In this document: one piece after another, positions 42,750-54,120 of the stretch
How the letters are laid out: the number at the start of each line of letters is the position of its first letter
Numbering within the stretch: position 1 is the stretch's first letter
Assembly (NCBI RefSeq): GCF_055900595.2
Contig: NZ_CM148325.1
Direction: 5' to 3' (one strand)
Length of the DNA stretch: 64,000 nt
The notes under the pieces: generated by a model
What the model saw: the letters and a program-made list of their open reading frames with translations, nothing else
Databases searched by the model: none
What the model was told of the DNA's origin: nothing
Made by a program: the position numbers and the translations under genes

Positions 42750-43226
42750 TTACGGTTTCACGTACTCGATAGCATTAACATACCAGCTCGCTTCCCCGGC
42801 AGGGGTATTCACCACCGCCAGATCGCCCACCTCTTTTTTCAGCAATGCGCGGGCCATTGGGGAATCGATAGAGATGTAATCTTTACGGCCAAAAATTTCA
42901 TCGTAGCCGACAATACGGAAACGGTGAGTCACGCCATCGTCGTTTTCAATCTCCACCCACGCGCCAAAAAAGACTTTGCCTTCCTGCTGCGGGGAGTAAT
43001 CGACGATTTTGAGATTTTCCATGCATTTAGTGAGATAGCGCACGCGACGGTCGATTTCACGCAGGCGCTTTTTATTATACTGATAGTCAGCATTTTCGCT
43101 GCGGTCGCCCAGACTTGCGGCCCAGGTCACTTTCTTTGTGACCTCCGGGCGTTCTTCACGCCAGAGATAATTTAGCTCTTGTTTGAGTTTTTCATACCCT
43201 TCCCGGGTAACCAGGGGCGTTTTCAT
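42750..43226 (-). CDS. greB: Transcription elongation / transcript cleavage factor GreB
   Basis: ORF 42750..43262; recognised N-terminus MKTPLVTREGYEKLKQEL at the internal ATG (158 aa). Confidence 0.95.
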   Translation of the reverse strand: MKTPLVTREGYEKLKQELNYLWREERPEVTKKVTWAASLGDRSENADYQYNKKRLREIDRRVRYLTKCMENLKIVDYSPQQEGKVFFGAWVEIENDDGVTHRFRIVGYDEIFGRKDYISIDSPMARALLKKEVGDLAVVNTPAGEASWYVNAIEYVKP

Positions 43227-43453
43227 CTCGTTGATTCCCTTTGTCTGTTTGATAATGCGCACATTGGGTATAACGTGATCATATCAACAGAATCAATAAT
43301 GTTTCGCCGAATAAATTGTATACTTAAGCTGCTGTTTAATATGCTTTGTAACAATTTAGGCTGAAATTCATACCAGATTTAGCTGGTGACGAACGTAAGC
43401 TTTTTTAAGAATACACGCTTACAAATTGTTGCGAACCTTTGGGAGTACAAAGA

Positions 43454-45522
<2,069 letters not shown>

Positions 45523-45530
45523 ATAAAACA

Positions 45531-45559
45531 GGAGGCGAAGGTGCCTCCCGTTTTATTTT
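45531..45559 (+). terminator. Rho-independent terminator of ompR-envZ (GGAGGC-gaaggt-GCCTCC + TTTTATTTT)
   Basis: Perfect 6-bp stem with T-rich tail 9 nt after the envZ stop. Confidence 0.75.
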
Positions 45560-45685
45560 GTGCACTCAGTATCTACTGAATGAATACGGTTTCAGACATC
45601 GGCACCATACGAAGTAAAGTGTACTGTAAGCTGATTGCAGGCTAGCGTATCCTGATTAGTAAAAGCACACTAAAGGAATAGCTTG

Positions 45686-46969
45686 ATGCAACTTACCAAC
45701 GAAGAACAAGTACAGATTGCTCGTATAAAAGAAAAAATCCCACGCATTGCCGCACTGGATCCTGAATGTAAGTTATTCGGTTCTGAAGGTTGGAAATATC
45801 AATGGCCGAAGCCTGCCAGCGAGGCGGAAATAGCTTCCTGGGAGAAAAAACATAGCGTCACTTTGCCACGGGAATATCGAATTTTTCTTCGCTATATCGC
45901 TAATGGCGGTCCGGCACATGCCTACGGTCTTGAATCTTTAGGCGGTACAGATATTTATGGCGATATAACAAAAGAAAGCCCTGTACCGCTTTATATGACG
46001 CAGCAGGATGTTGATGTGTTGAATGCTGGCCGTACAGAAGATGATGAAGAATATAGTTTTTTTGACGGCGCATTGACCATTCTCACCCTGGGATGTACTT
46101 ATGATATTTGCCTGGTGGTGACGGGGCAGTATCGCGGAAGGTTAATGCTGACTGATGGTGATGAAGATTATCCGTTTGATTTTATATATGATAAAAATTT
46201 CCTCAACTGGTATGAACGCTGGCTGGACGATTTTATTGCTGGCATGAGTATGAAGGGTTTCGATAGAAGTTTGCCAGGAACGCAAATTCAACTGCGTGAG
46301 TGGTTTTTAACTGAGAAAATCCCGGATTTACGTAGATCCATTTTATTCTCGCTATGCCGTTTTCCACAGATAGAACCCGAAACATTTGCCCTTTGGGAAC
46401 ATGTTTGCCACACAGAGAATGATAAAGAATTGTGTGAAGAGGCATTCATAAGATTACGCCAAAAAAAAGTTTCTTGTGCTGCAGATATTTTTCGACTCTA
46501 TTTTACAATGCCAGATGAATTACGTGATATTGCTATTAAAGATCTCCGTTTTGCCTGTAGAGATAGTGTGGTGAATATTGAGGATTATATTCATTCACTG
46601 TTAATAATAATGCCTGAACTTGACGATGACACTCTATCCTCAGCTGTCTTTGCTATACGAGAAACAGAGTATAATAAATATGATACTTTTCTGCCGCTTC
46701 TCGAACGTATCACTGATGACCGTCAGCAAACATTATTGTGGGCGATGAGTAAGGCGCCTGATTTCAATGAAAGCCGAGGATTCATTGAGTTGGTATTACC
46801 GCTTTTTGCATCATCAAAGATGGAGAATGTAAGGAAGGCTATTTTGTTGCTCATTGAAGTTAAAGATAATCGTATTCCACCATTGGTTGATGAAGCTGCA
46901 ACTCGTTTCCCTGAACTGACCATTTTACGAGAAAACTACTATCTCAGGACGTGGGGACATAAGCCATAA
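45686..46969 (+). CDS. SMI1/KNR4 (SUKH-1)-like domain protein with C-terminal helical-repeat region; accessory gene
   Basis: 427-aa ORF (ATG 45686 with AGGAA 8 nt upstream); motif WEKKHSVTLPREYRIFLRYIANGG and downstream FFDGALTILTLG...GRLMLTDGDEDYPF match the SMI1/KNR4 signature as I recall it; GC content visibly lower than the flanking genes. Confidence 0.7.
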   Translation: MQLTNEEQVQIARIKEKIPRIAALDPECKLFGSEGWKYQWPKPASEAEIASWEKKHSVTLPREYRIFLRYIANGGPAHAYGLESLGGTDIYGDITKESPVPLYMTQQDVDVLNAGRTEDDEEYSFFDGALTILTLGCTYDICLVVTGQYRGRLMLTDGDEDYPFDFIYDKNFLNWYERWLDDFIAGMSMKGFDRSLPGTQIQLREWFLTEKIPDLRRSILFSLCRFPQIEPETFALWEHVCHTENDKELCEEAFIRLRQKKVSCAADIFRLYFTMPDELRDIAIKDLRFACRDSVVNIEDYIHSLLIIMPELDDDTLSSAVFAIRETEYNKYDTFLPLLERITDDRQQTLLWAMSKAPDFNESRGFIELVLPLFASSKMENVRKAILLLIEVKDNRIPPLVDEAATRFPELTILRENYYLRTWGHKP

Positions 46970-47006
46970 ATTAATGGTTCAGAAATGATCTAACGCGGAG
47001 AAAAAT

Positions 47007-47537
47007 ATGATCAGGGAACATATTCAGCAAGCGATAAATAATAGGTTAGCCTTTGATGGCCCATTCAATGTTGTTCCTGAACCTGCAAGCACTGCGTTTG
47101 ATAGCCGGATCCCGACATTGAAAAACGGTGTCTGGCAGAAGGCCAGCCCTATGTTGCAGGCGCGTTTTGCACATTGTGGACGTTGGTTAAGCGCTACACA
47201 TGGAAGCTGGCTAAGTATAAGTGACATGGAAACGCTTTGGCAGGAACACATAGAAGATACGTTTCTTGATGAAATCAAAATGAATGCTGTAGCTTCAAGT
47301 GATAATTGGGATAACCATGCCTTGGGACTATTTCGTTCTCATCGCCTGTCACTTTTTGCCGGTAGTGATTACAGTTATGAAATGGTTTTTCTCCTTTGGC
47401 TAGATAGTACCGTTGAGCCAGAGGTCTGGGTTTATGACTGCAATGGGGAATCACGTTATAAAGATCTTAATGATTACCTGAATGCATATATTAATGATGA
47501 CGTAAGCGCCTGTGAGTGCTCCTGGCGAGTAGAATGA
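47007..47537 (+). CDS. Small hypothetical protein, possibly SUKH-superfamily-like; accessory gene
   Basis: 176-aa ORF with GCGGAG ribosome-binding site; C-terminal segment LFAGSDYSYEMVFLLWLDSTVEPEVWVYDCNGESRYKDLNDYLNAYI resembles the C-terminal half of SUKH-type immunity domains (weak, by eye). Confidence 0.6.
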   Translation: MIREHIQQAINNRLAFDGPFNVVPEPASTAFDSRIPTLKNGVWQKASPMLQARFAHCGRWLSATHGSWLSISDMETLWQEHIEDTFLDEIKMNAVASSDNWDNHALGLFRSHRLSLFAGSDYSYEMVFLLWLDSTVEPEVWVYDCNGESRYKDLNDYLNAYINDDVSACECSWRVE

Positions 47538-48160
47538 ATAGCCCCCCTTGCCCCTTTGATCCACAAACCGCACATTACCTCGGCACAGTGCAAATCCACT
47601 ACACCCAAACCGCCTTCAACGCTGCCGTTAAGCATTATACCTGTTACATTAAAAAGCGTTTTAAAGGGTTTAAATGGGGAATCCGAACCGCTGGCTTATT
47701 GGCTATACTGCCCATGATCCCACAATGGTTGAAACCTTCTCATGACTTTAAACTCAACGCAATCAGTACGTTAATTCTTCTATTAATGTTGCCACTCCTC
47801 TTATCAATGTTCCTGTTAATCAGCAGAAGAATTAACGATTTTAAGTCAAAAACAAAGCAAGTTACTTTTACGAAACCCGTGCGTTATGCGTTTTATTTCG
47901 AGGGGATTGTTTTTTATGAATCTCATCAGCAGGGCATACTTCGCTGGGAAGATTTTTATAGCATTGAGTATGAAGAAGATTATTTGTGGCTTTTTCTGCA
48001 TTTACCGAAGAGTTGTCCCAGAGAAGCGACGAAAGCGTTTTGCGATATTTTCATTCCCACCAGTGCGATAAAAGCGCAGCCTGAACTGGATACGTTTTTT
48101 CGTGAAACACGCCACTCGCTGGATTATCTGTTTGTCCCGTTTAATTCTGACAGAAAATAA
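47534..48160 (+). CDS. Two-helix membrane protein with a C-terminal domain resembling YcxB-like / bacterial PH-like domains; accessory gene
   Basis: ORF 47516..48160; the probable ATG 47534 overlaps the upstream stop in an ATGA (translational coupling); two hydrophobic helices (LLAILPMIPQWL, ISTLILLLMLPLLLSMFLLI) are followed by a soluble ~100-aa domain. Confidence 0.55.
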   Translation: MNSPPCPFDPQTAHYLGTVQIHYTQTAFNAAVKHYTCYIKKRFKGFKWGIRTAGLLAILPMIPQWLKPSHDFKLNAISTLILLLMLPLLLSMFLLISRRINDFKSKTKQVTFTKPVRYAFYFEGIVFYESHQQGILRWEDFYSIEYEEDYLWLFLHLPKSCPREATKAFCDIFIPTSAIKAQPELDTFFRETRHSLDYLFVPFNSDRK

Positions 48161-48163
48161 CAT

Positions 48164-48192
48164 ATCCCCCGTATCTGGTGAAACGGGGGATT
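48164..48192 (-). terminator. Hairpin (tcccccgt-N-acggggga) downstream of pck, probable pck terminator
   Basis: 8-bp inverted repeat 20 nt past the pck stop with T-rich sequence 3' on the minus strand. Confidence 0.5.
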
Positions 48193-48212
48193 TCGTCGCT
48201 TAACTTATCGGA

Positions 48213-49835
48213 TTACAGTTTTGGACCAGCCGCTACCAGCGCGGCACCCGCAGGGGTGTCGGTGTATTTATCGAAGTTGTCGATAAACAGTTTCGCCAGC
48301 GTTTCAGCTTTTTCCTGCCACTGTTCCGGAGAAGCGTAGGTGTTACGCGGATCGAGGATCTTAGTGTCTACGCCCGGCAGTTCAGTCGGGATCGCTAAAT
48401 TAAACATCGGCAGAGTGAAGGTTTCTGCGTTATCCAGCGAACCGTTGAGGATAGCGTCGATAATGGCGCGGGTATCTTTAATGGAGATACGTTTGCCAGT
48501 ACCGTTCCAGCCAGTGTTAACCAGATATGCCTGCGCACCCGCCGCTTGCATACGTTTCACCAGCACTTCTGCGTACTGAGTTGGGTGCAGCGACAGGAAC
48601 GCCGCGCCGAAGCAAGCGGAGAAGGTTGGCGTCGGTTCGGTGATGCCACGTTCAGTACCGGCCAGTTTGGCGGTGAAGCCAGAGAGGAAGTGGTACTGAG
48701 TTTGATCGGCAGTCAGGCGAGAAACCGGCGGCAGCACACCAAAGGCGTCTGCGGTCAGGAAGATAACTTTAGTTGCGTGGCCCGCTTTGGAAACCGGTTT
48801 AACGATGTTATCGATGTGATAGATCGGATAAGAAACGCGGGTGTTCTCGGTTTTTGAACCATCGTCAAAATCGATAGTGCCATCTTCACGTACGGTGACG
48901 TTTTCCAGCAGCGCATCGCGACGGATAGCGTTGTAGATTTCAGGTTCCGCTTCTTTCGACAGCTTGATGGTTTTCGCGTAGCAGCCGCCTTCGAAGTTAA
49001 ACACGCCGTCGTCATCCCAGCCGTGCTCGTCATCGCCAATCAGGCGACGTTTCGGGTCGGTGGAAAGGGTGGTTTTACCGGTGCCGGAAAGGCCAAAGAA
49101 CACCGCAACATCGCCTTTCTCGCCAACGTTGGCGGAGCAGTGCATGGAGGCGATACCTTTCAGCGGCAGCAGGTAGTTCATCATTGAGAACATCCCTTTC
49201 TTCATTTCGCCGCCGTACCAGGTGCCGCCAATCAACTGCATACGTTCAGTTAAGTTAAACGCCACGAAGTTTTCAGAGTTCAGCCCCTGCTCTTTCCACT
49301 GGGGGTTAGTGCATTTTGCGCCGTTCATAACGATAAAGTCAGGTTTAAAACCAGCCAGCTCTTCATCGCTCGGGCGAATAAACATGTTTTTGACAAAATG
49401 CGCCTGCCAGGCCACTTCGGTAATGAAACGTACGGAAAGACGCGTGTCTGGGTTCGCACCACAGAAAGCGTCGACAACGAACAGACGTTTGCCGGAAAGC
49501 TGTTTGGTCACCAGGCTCTTCAGATGCTGCCAGGTTTCCGGAGAGAGAGGTTTGTTGTCGTTCTTACCTTTGCCTTTATCAGCCCACCAGAAGGTATCGC
49601 GAGTGGTATCGTCACGGACGATATACTTATCTTTTGGTGAGCGACCGGTGAATATACCGGTATCGACGGCAACGGCACCCAGATTAGTTAACACCCCGCG
49701 CTCATAACCTGTCAGGCTCGGATCGAGCTCTTCCTGATACAGCAGGTCGTAGCTTGGGTTGTAAACGATATCATGTACGTCACTGATACCATAAGCCTCG
49801 AGTTCTTGCGGGGTCAAACCATTGTTAACGCGCAT
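48213..49835 (-). CDS. pck: Phosphoenolpyruvate carboxykinase (ATP)
   Basis: ORF 48213..49904; recognised N-terminus [17 protein letters not shown] at the internal ATG (540 aa). Confidence 0.96.
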   Translation of the reverse strand: MRVNNGLTPQELEAYGISDVHDIVYNPSYDLLYQEELDPSLTGYERGVLTNLGAVAVDTGIFTGRSPKDKYIVRDDTTRDTFWWADKGKGKNDNKPLSPETWQHLKSLVTKQLSGKRLFVVDAFCGANPDTRLSVRFITEVAWQAHFVKNMFIRPSDEELAGFKPDFIVMNGAKCTNPQWKEQGLNSENFVAFNLTERMQLIGGTWYGGEMKKGMFSMMNYLLPLKGIASMHCSANVGEKGDVAVFFGLSGTGKTTLSTDPKRRLIGDDEHGWDDDGVFNFEGGCYAKTIKLSKEAEPEIYNAIRRDALLENVTVREDGTIDFDDGSKTENTRVSYPIYHIDNIVKPVSKAGHATKVIFLTADAFGVLPPVSRLTADQTQYHFLSGFTAKLAGTERGITEPTPTFSACFGAAFLSLHPTQYAEVLVKRMQAAGAQAYLVNTGWNGTGKRISIKDTRAIIDAILNGSLDNAETFTLPMFNLAIPTELPGVDTKILDPRNTYASPEQWQEKAETLAKLFIDNFDKYTDTPAGAALVAAGPKL

Positions 49836-49953
49836 TTCACTGCTCCTTAGCCAATATGTATTGCCTGAATAGTAAAGTCTTTTTGGGGGTGTTAACCGCG
49901 ACAAGGCTCATAGATTTACGTATCTGGAGAAATTCATATTTGACAAAAAACTC

Positions 49954-49969
49954 CGTGATTCCTGTCACG
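49954..49969. promoter_or_regulatory. Candidate CRP site upstream of pck (cGTGAttcctgTCACg)
   Basis: Good match to TGTGA-N6-TCACA ~120 bp upstream of the pck ATG; pck is known to be cAMP-dependent. Confidence 0.3.
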
Positions 49970-50213
49970 AAACGGTTGCTATTATCGCAGAAATAGCATT
50001 TTAGGTGTGGAAAATGTTCTTAAAAGGTTAAATCTTGGTTTATATGGCGGGAATATTGTGAGTGGAATCGCATTCCTGAATGAAATTGATGCAAATTCAA
50101 TCAGTAAAGTATCGATTCACCACGCTAACTTTTTTTGATTATTTTCTGAAAGAAGCAAAATACTACGGCCCGGATGCGATAATTAATCCACCTTTTGATT
50201 CTGGATAACTAAC

Positions 50214-51938
50214 ATGGATAACGTTGAACTTTCACCCGCAACACGCTGGGGAATGATTGCTACCGGATTACTTCAGGGTCTGGTTTGCTACCTACTGATC
50301 GCCTGGCTTGCCGGAAAAAATCACAGTTGGATTGTTTATGGCGTGCCTGCGACCGTCGCGTTTTCATCCGTTTTACTCTTCTCCGTGATCTCCTTTAAAC
50401 AGAAGCGCCTTTGGGGATGGCTGGCGCTGGTGTTTATTGCCACGCTGGGAATGAGCGGCTGGCTGAAGTGGCAAACTGATGGCATGAACCCCTGGATAGC
50501 TGAAAAGGCGCTTTGGGATTTTGGTTGCTATCTGCTGCTGATGGCAATGTTGTTGCTACCGTGGATACAACAAAGCCTTCGCATCCGCAATGACAGTAGC
50601 CGCTATCGCTATTTTTACCAGTCAGTATGGCATAACGTACTTATATTACTGGTGATTTTTCTCGCCAATGGCCTGACGTGGCTGGTACTTTTACTGTGGG
50701 GCGAGTTGTTTAAACTTGTTGGCATCACGTTTTTCAAAACGCTCTTTTTTGCAACCGACTGGTTTATTTATCTCACGTTAGGTCTGGTTACCGCACTGGC
50801 GGTGATCCTCGCGCGTACACAGTCACGTTTAATCGACTCTATTCAAAAGTTGTTCACGTTAATCGCCACGGGGTTGCTGACGTTAGTATCATTGCTAACC
50901 CTGATGTTTATCATCACCCTGCCGTTTACGGGCCTGAGCGCGATTTCTCGCCACATCTCCGCCGCTGGGTTGCTGTTAACGCTGGCCTTTTTGCAATTGA
51001 TCTTAATGGCTATTGTCCGCGATCCGCAAAAAGCGTCACTTCCCTGGACGGGGCCGTTGCGTTGCCTGATTAAAACCGCTCTGCTGGCTGCTCCGCTGTA
51101 TGTGTTCGTCGCCGCCTGGGCGTTATGGCTGCGGGTCGCTCAGTACGGCTGGACTGTCGACCGCTTGCAGGGCGCGCTGGCGGTGCTGGTGTTACTGGTA
51201 TGGTCGCTGGGGTATTTTGTCAGTATCGTCTGGCGTAAAGGGCAAAACCCTCTTGTTCTTCAGGGCAAAGTGAACCTTGCGGTTTCGTTATTGGTGTTGG
51301 TAATACTGGTGCTTCTTAATTCGCCGGTGCTGGATAGTATGCGCATTAGTGTGAACAGTCATATGGCACGTTATCAGAGCGGCAAGAACACGCCAGATCA
51401 GGTAAGTCTCTACATGCTCGAACAGAACGGTCGCTATGGACGTGCGGCGCTTGAGTCGCTGAAAAGCGATGCCGAGTATATGAAAGACCCGAAACGCGCA
51501 CGGGATCTGCTGATGACGTTAGATGGAGAGCAACATCTTCAGGAACAGGTATCGGAAAAAGTATTAGCCGAAAATGTGTTAATTGCCCCAGGCTCTGGCA
51601 AACCGGATACGGCATTCTGGTCGGCCTTAATCCAGGATCGCTATAACGTGATGACCTGTATTGAAAAAGACGCCTGCGTACTGGTCGAGCAAGATCTGAA
51701 TAGTGATGGTCAGGCGGAGCGGATCCTGTTTGCTTTTAATGATGACAGAGCCATTGTCTATGGCTTTGACTCAGCCAGAAAAGAATGGGACGCGCTTGAT
51801 ATGAGTTTACTTCCGAACGAAATAACGAAAGAAAAATTACTCACAGCTGCGAAGGATGGAAAGCTGGGGACGAGGCCGAAAGCGTGGCGCGATCTGACGG
51901 TAGATGGTGAAACGCTGGAAATAAACTTAAGCAAATGA
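50214..51938 (+). CDS. yhgE: Inner membrane protein YhgE
   Basis: 574-aa ORF, N-terminal two-thirds strongly hydrophobic; recognised as YhgE by sequence and position between pck and hslO. Confidence 0.88.
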   Translation: MDNVELSPATRWGMIATGLLQGLVCYLLIAWLAGKNHSWIVYGVPATVAFSSVLLFSVISFKQKRLWGWLALVFIATLGMSGWLKWQTDGMNPWIAEKALWDFGCYLLLMAMLLLPWIQQSLRIRNDSSRYRYFYQSVWHNVLILLVIFLANGLTWLVLLLWGELFKLVGITFFKTLFFATDWFIYLTLGLVTALAVILARTQSRLIDSIQKLFTLIATGLLTLVSLLTLMFIITLPFTGLSAISRHISAAGLLLTLAFLQLILMAIVRDPQKASLPWTGPLRCLIKTALLAAPLYVFVAAWALWLRVAQYGWTVDRLQGALAVLVLLVWSLGYFVSIVWRKGQNPLVLQGKVNLAVSLLVLVILVLLNSPVLDSMRISVNSHMARYQSGKNTPDQVSLYMLEQNGRYGRAALESLKSDAEYMKDPKRARDLLMTLDGEQHLQEQVSEKVLAENVLIAPGSGKPDTAFWSALIQDRYNVMTCIEKDACVLVEQDLNSDGQAERILFAFNDDRAIVYGFDSARKEWDALDMSLLPNEITKEKLLTAAKDGKLGTRPKAWRDLTVDGETLEINLSK

Positions 51939-51996
51939 CAATGCTTTTATCGGATACGACGCTTTATCTTACCAACAATAACTTGTGAATTATTGC

Positions 51997-52026
51997 GTAG
52001 GCCTGATAAGCGCAGCGCATCAGGCC
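51997..52026. repeat. REP element (gtaggcctgataagcgcagcgcatcaggcc)
   Basis: Matches the REP palindromic-unit pattern; between convergent yhgE and hslO. Confidence 0.55.
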
Positions 52027-52040
52027 ATTACGTCGTAAAA

Positions 52041-52064
52041 TCCGGCAGAGCCCTCTCTGCCGGA
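52041..52064 (-). terminator. Hairpin (tccggcagag-N-ctctgccgga) with U-run on the minus strand, probable hslRO terminator
   Basis: 9-bp inverted repeat 9 nt past the hslO stop; TTTT follows on the minus strand. Confidence 0.45.
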
Positions 52065-52072
52065 CATACTCA

Positions 52073-52957
52073 TTAATGAACTTGCGGATCTGCCGGAGAC
52101 GCGTTGTTGCGGATTTCAGCAATATCCATCGCATTGAACAGATAGTGGTTACCGCAGTAATCACAATGCATGTCAATTTCGCCATCTTCCGCCAGGATAC
52201 TATCGACTTCTTCATCCGGCAGCGTTTTTAGCGCGTCGGCGCAACGTTCACGCGAACAGGTGCATTTGAACTCCACATCCTGCGGATCGTAAACCGTCAC
52301 CTCTTCTTCGTGATACAAACGCCACAACACTTCGTTTGCCGGTAAGGTCAGCAGTTCTTCGGTTTTGATGGTTTCGGTTAGCGTTGCCAGGTGGTCAAAG
52401 TCGTCCTGCTGGGCATTTTGCGCAGGCATTACCTGCAACAACATACCGCCTGCAGCCGGTTTGCCGTCTACGTCGCCGGTGCGAATAAACAGGCGCGTCG
52501 GCAGCTGTTCAGAACGCATAAAGTAATCTTCCAGGCAGGCCGCCAGGGTATCACCTTCCAGACCCACCACGCCCTGATAGCGTTCACCTTCGCTCGGGGT
52601 GATGGTGATCACCACGTAACCATTGCCCACTAGCGTTTTCAGGTCGGCATTTTCTGGAATTTCGCCCTGCACGCGCGCCACACCGCGCATCTGCTGGTTG
52701 TTGTTACCGTTAATAACCGCCAGATTCATCGGTCCGTCGCCTTGCAGTTGTACGGTGATATCACCATCAAACTTCAGCGTAGCGGTTAACAGGCTGGTCG
52801 CAACCAGCAGTTCTGCCAGCACGTTTTTAACGGGCTGCGGATAATCGTGATTCTCAAGGATCTGTTGCAGGGTTTCCGAAACGGTTACCAGTTCGCCGCG
52901 TACGGCAAAGTTTTCAAACAGATAGCGATGTAATTGGTCATGTTGCGGCATAATCAT
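52073..52957 (-). CDS. hslO: Redox-regulated chaperone Hsp33
   Basis: 294-aa ORF recognised as HslO; C-terminal CxxC...CxxC zinc centre (CTCSRERC ... CDYCGNHY); start may be 2 codons downstream. Confidence 0.95.
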   Translation of the reverse strand: MIMPQHDQLHRYLFENFAVRGELVTVSETLQQILENHDYPQPVKNVLAELLVATSLLTATLKFDGDITVQLQGDGPMNLAVINGNNNQQMRGVARVQGEIPENADLKTLVGNGYVVITITPSEGERYQGVVGLEGDTLAACLEDYFMRSEQLPTRLFIRTGDVDGKPAAGGMLLQVMPAQNAQQDDFDHLATLTETIKTEELLTLPANEVLWRLYHEEEVTVYDPQDVEFKCTCSRERCADALKTLPDEEVDSILAEDGEIDMHCDYCGNHYLFNAMDIAEIRNNASPADPQVH

Positions 52958-52975
52958 CTCTCTTGCAGGTGACAG

Positions 52976-53377
52976 TTATTCACTGTCGCCGTGTTTAAAT
53001 CGTAACAGGTCGCGGCGCTCTTTTTTGTCCGGGCGTCGGTCCGGGTGCGGCATGGTTAAGGCATTAAGTTTACGTGCCAGCGCCATTTTTTCGCGTTTCT
53101 CTACACTTTCTGCAGTCTCTTCATACAGCAAGACTGCCTCGCTGGCGGGGCGACGCTGTTCAGTAATCGCCTTTACAATCACCGTTCGTTCGTCATTTCC
53201 CTGGCGCAGAGTGAGCGTGGCATTCAGCTCGACGATTTTGCTTGGCTTGCTGCGCTGCCCGTTATAGTGCACCTTACCGCCTTCGATCATTTCGCGGGCC
53301 AGCGCGCGGGTTTTATAAAAACGGGCGGCCCATAGCCATTTATCCAGTCGAACCTCAACAGCAGGTTTTTCTTTCAT
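52976..53377 (-). CDS. hslR: Ribosome-associated heat shock protein Hsp15 (S4 domain)
   Basis: 133-aa ORF recognised as HslR. Confidence 0.95.
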   Translation of the reverse strand: MKEKPAVEVRLDKWLWAARFYKTRALAREMIEGGKVHYNGQRSKPSKIVELNATLTLRQGNDERTVIVKAITEQRRPASEAVLLYEETAESVEKREKMALARKLNALTMPHPDRRPDKKERRDLLRFKHGDSE

Positions 53378-53387
53378 GGCGTCTCCT

Positions 53388-54056
53388 TCACATTAGCGAG
53401 GGGATCAGGCGGCGGTAGTCATTCAGTGACGGATGGTGCTGATACTGTTTCTCGGCAATCCCGGAGTCAGGATTAGTCACACCGAGGCAGTAACGAATAC
53501 CAAATTGTGCGGCAGCATCGAGAATCGCTTCGCTGTCATCAATAAACAGCGTTCTTTCAGCTTTCAGACCCGTAGCTTCGGCCACCGCATGCCATAACCG
53601 CTGATCCTCTTTCGGATAACCAAATGTGTGGGTGGAAAGTAATAAATCAAGGTGTGCGTCCAGACCGGTATGCTCAAGTTTTACCGCCAGGTTATGCGGA
53701 TGAGCATTGGTGAGCAAAATTCGTTGCTTACCACTGGCTTTCAGTGCCTCAAGAAACGGAATGGTATCTTCACGCAGTACGGCACGCGGTCCCATCTCGG
53801 TGGTCATCGCACAGATATCCAGACCCAGTTGCTCACTCCAGTAATCAAGACAGTACCAGTTTAGCGTATGCTGCACGTCGTGATATTGCTGGCGCATATA
53901 GTCCATCGCTTCCTGTGGTGTGACCCCGTTTTTCGCCCCCCATGTTTCAGGCACCAGCTTTTGCCAGAAATAGTTATCGAAGGCGAGGTCGAGCAACGTG
54001 CCGTCCATATCCAGCAGAACGGTATCTACGTCCTGCCAGGCAATGTTGATATGCAT
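53388..54056 (-). CDS. yrfG: HAD-family nucleotidase YrfG
   Basis: ORF 53388..54128; recognised N-terminus MHINIAWQDVDTVLLDMDGTLLDL (HAD motif I DxDGT) at the internal ATG (222 aa). Confidence 0.9.
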   Translation of the reverse strand: MHINIAWQDVDTVLLDMDGTLLDLAFDNYFWQKLVPETWGAKNGVTPQEAMDYMRQQYHDVQHTLNWYCLDYWSEQLGLDICAMTTEMGPRAVLREDTIPFLEALKASGKQRILLTNAHPHNLAVKLEHTGLDAHLDLLLSTHTFGYPKEDQRLWHAVAEATGLKAERTLFIDDSEAILDAAAQFGIRYCLGVTNPDSGIAEKQYQHHPSLNDYRRLIPSLM

Positions 54057-54120
54057 GAGGGAAATCTCCAGAGTGAAGCAATTTGCGCGACAGGGTAGCA
54101 TAACCTGCCGCGCAAACGTG

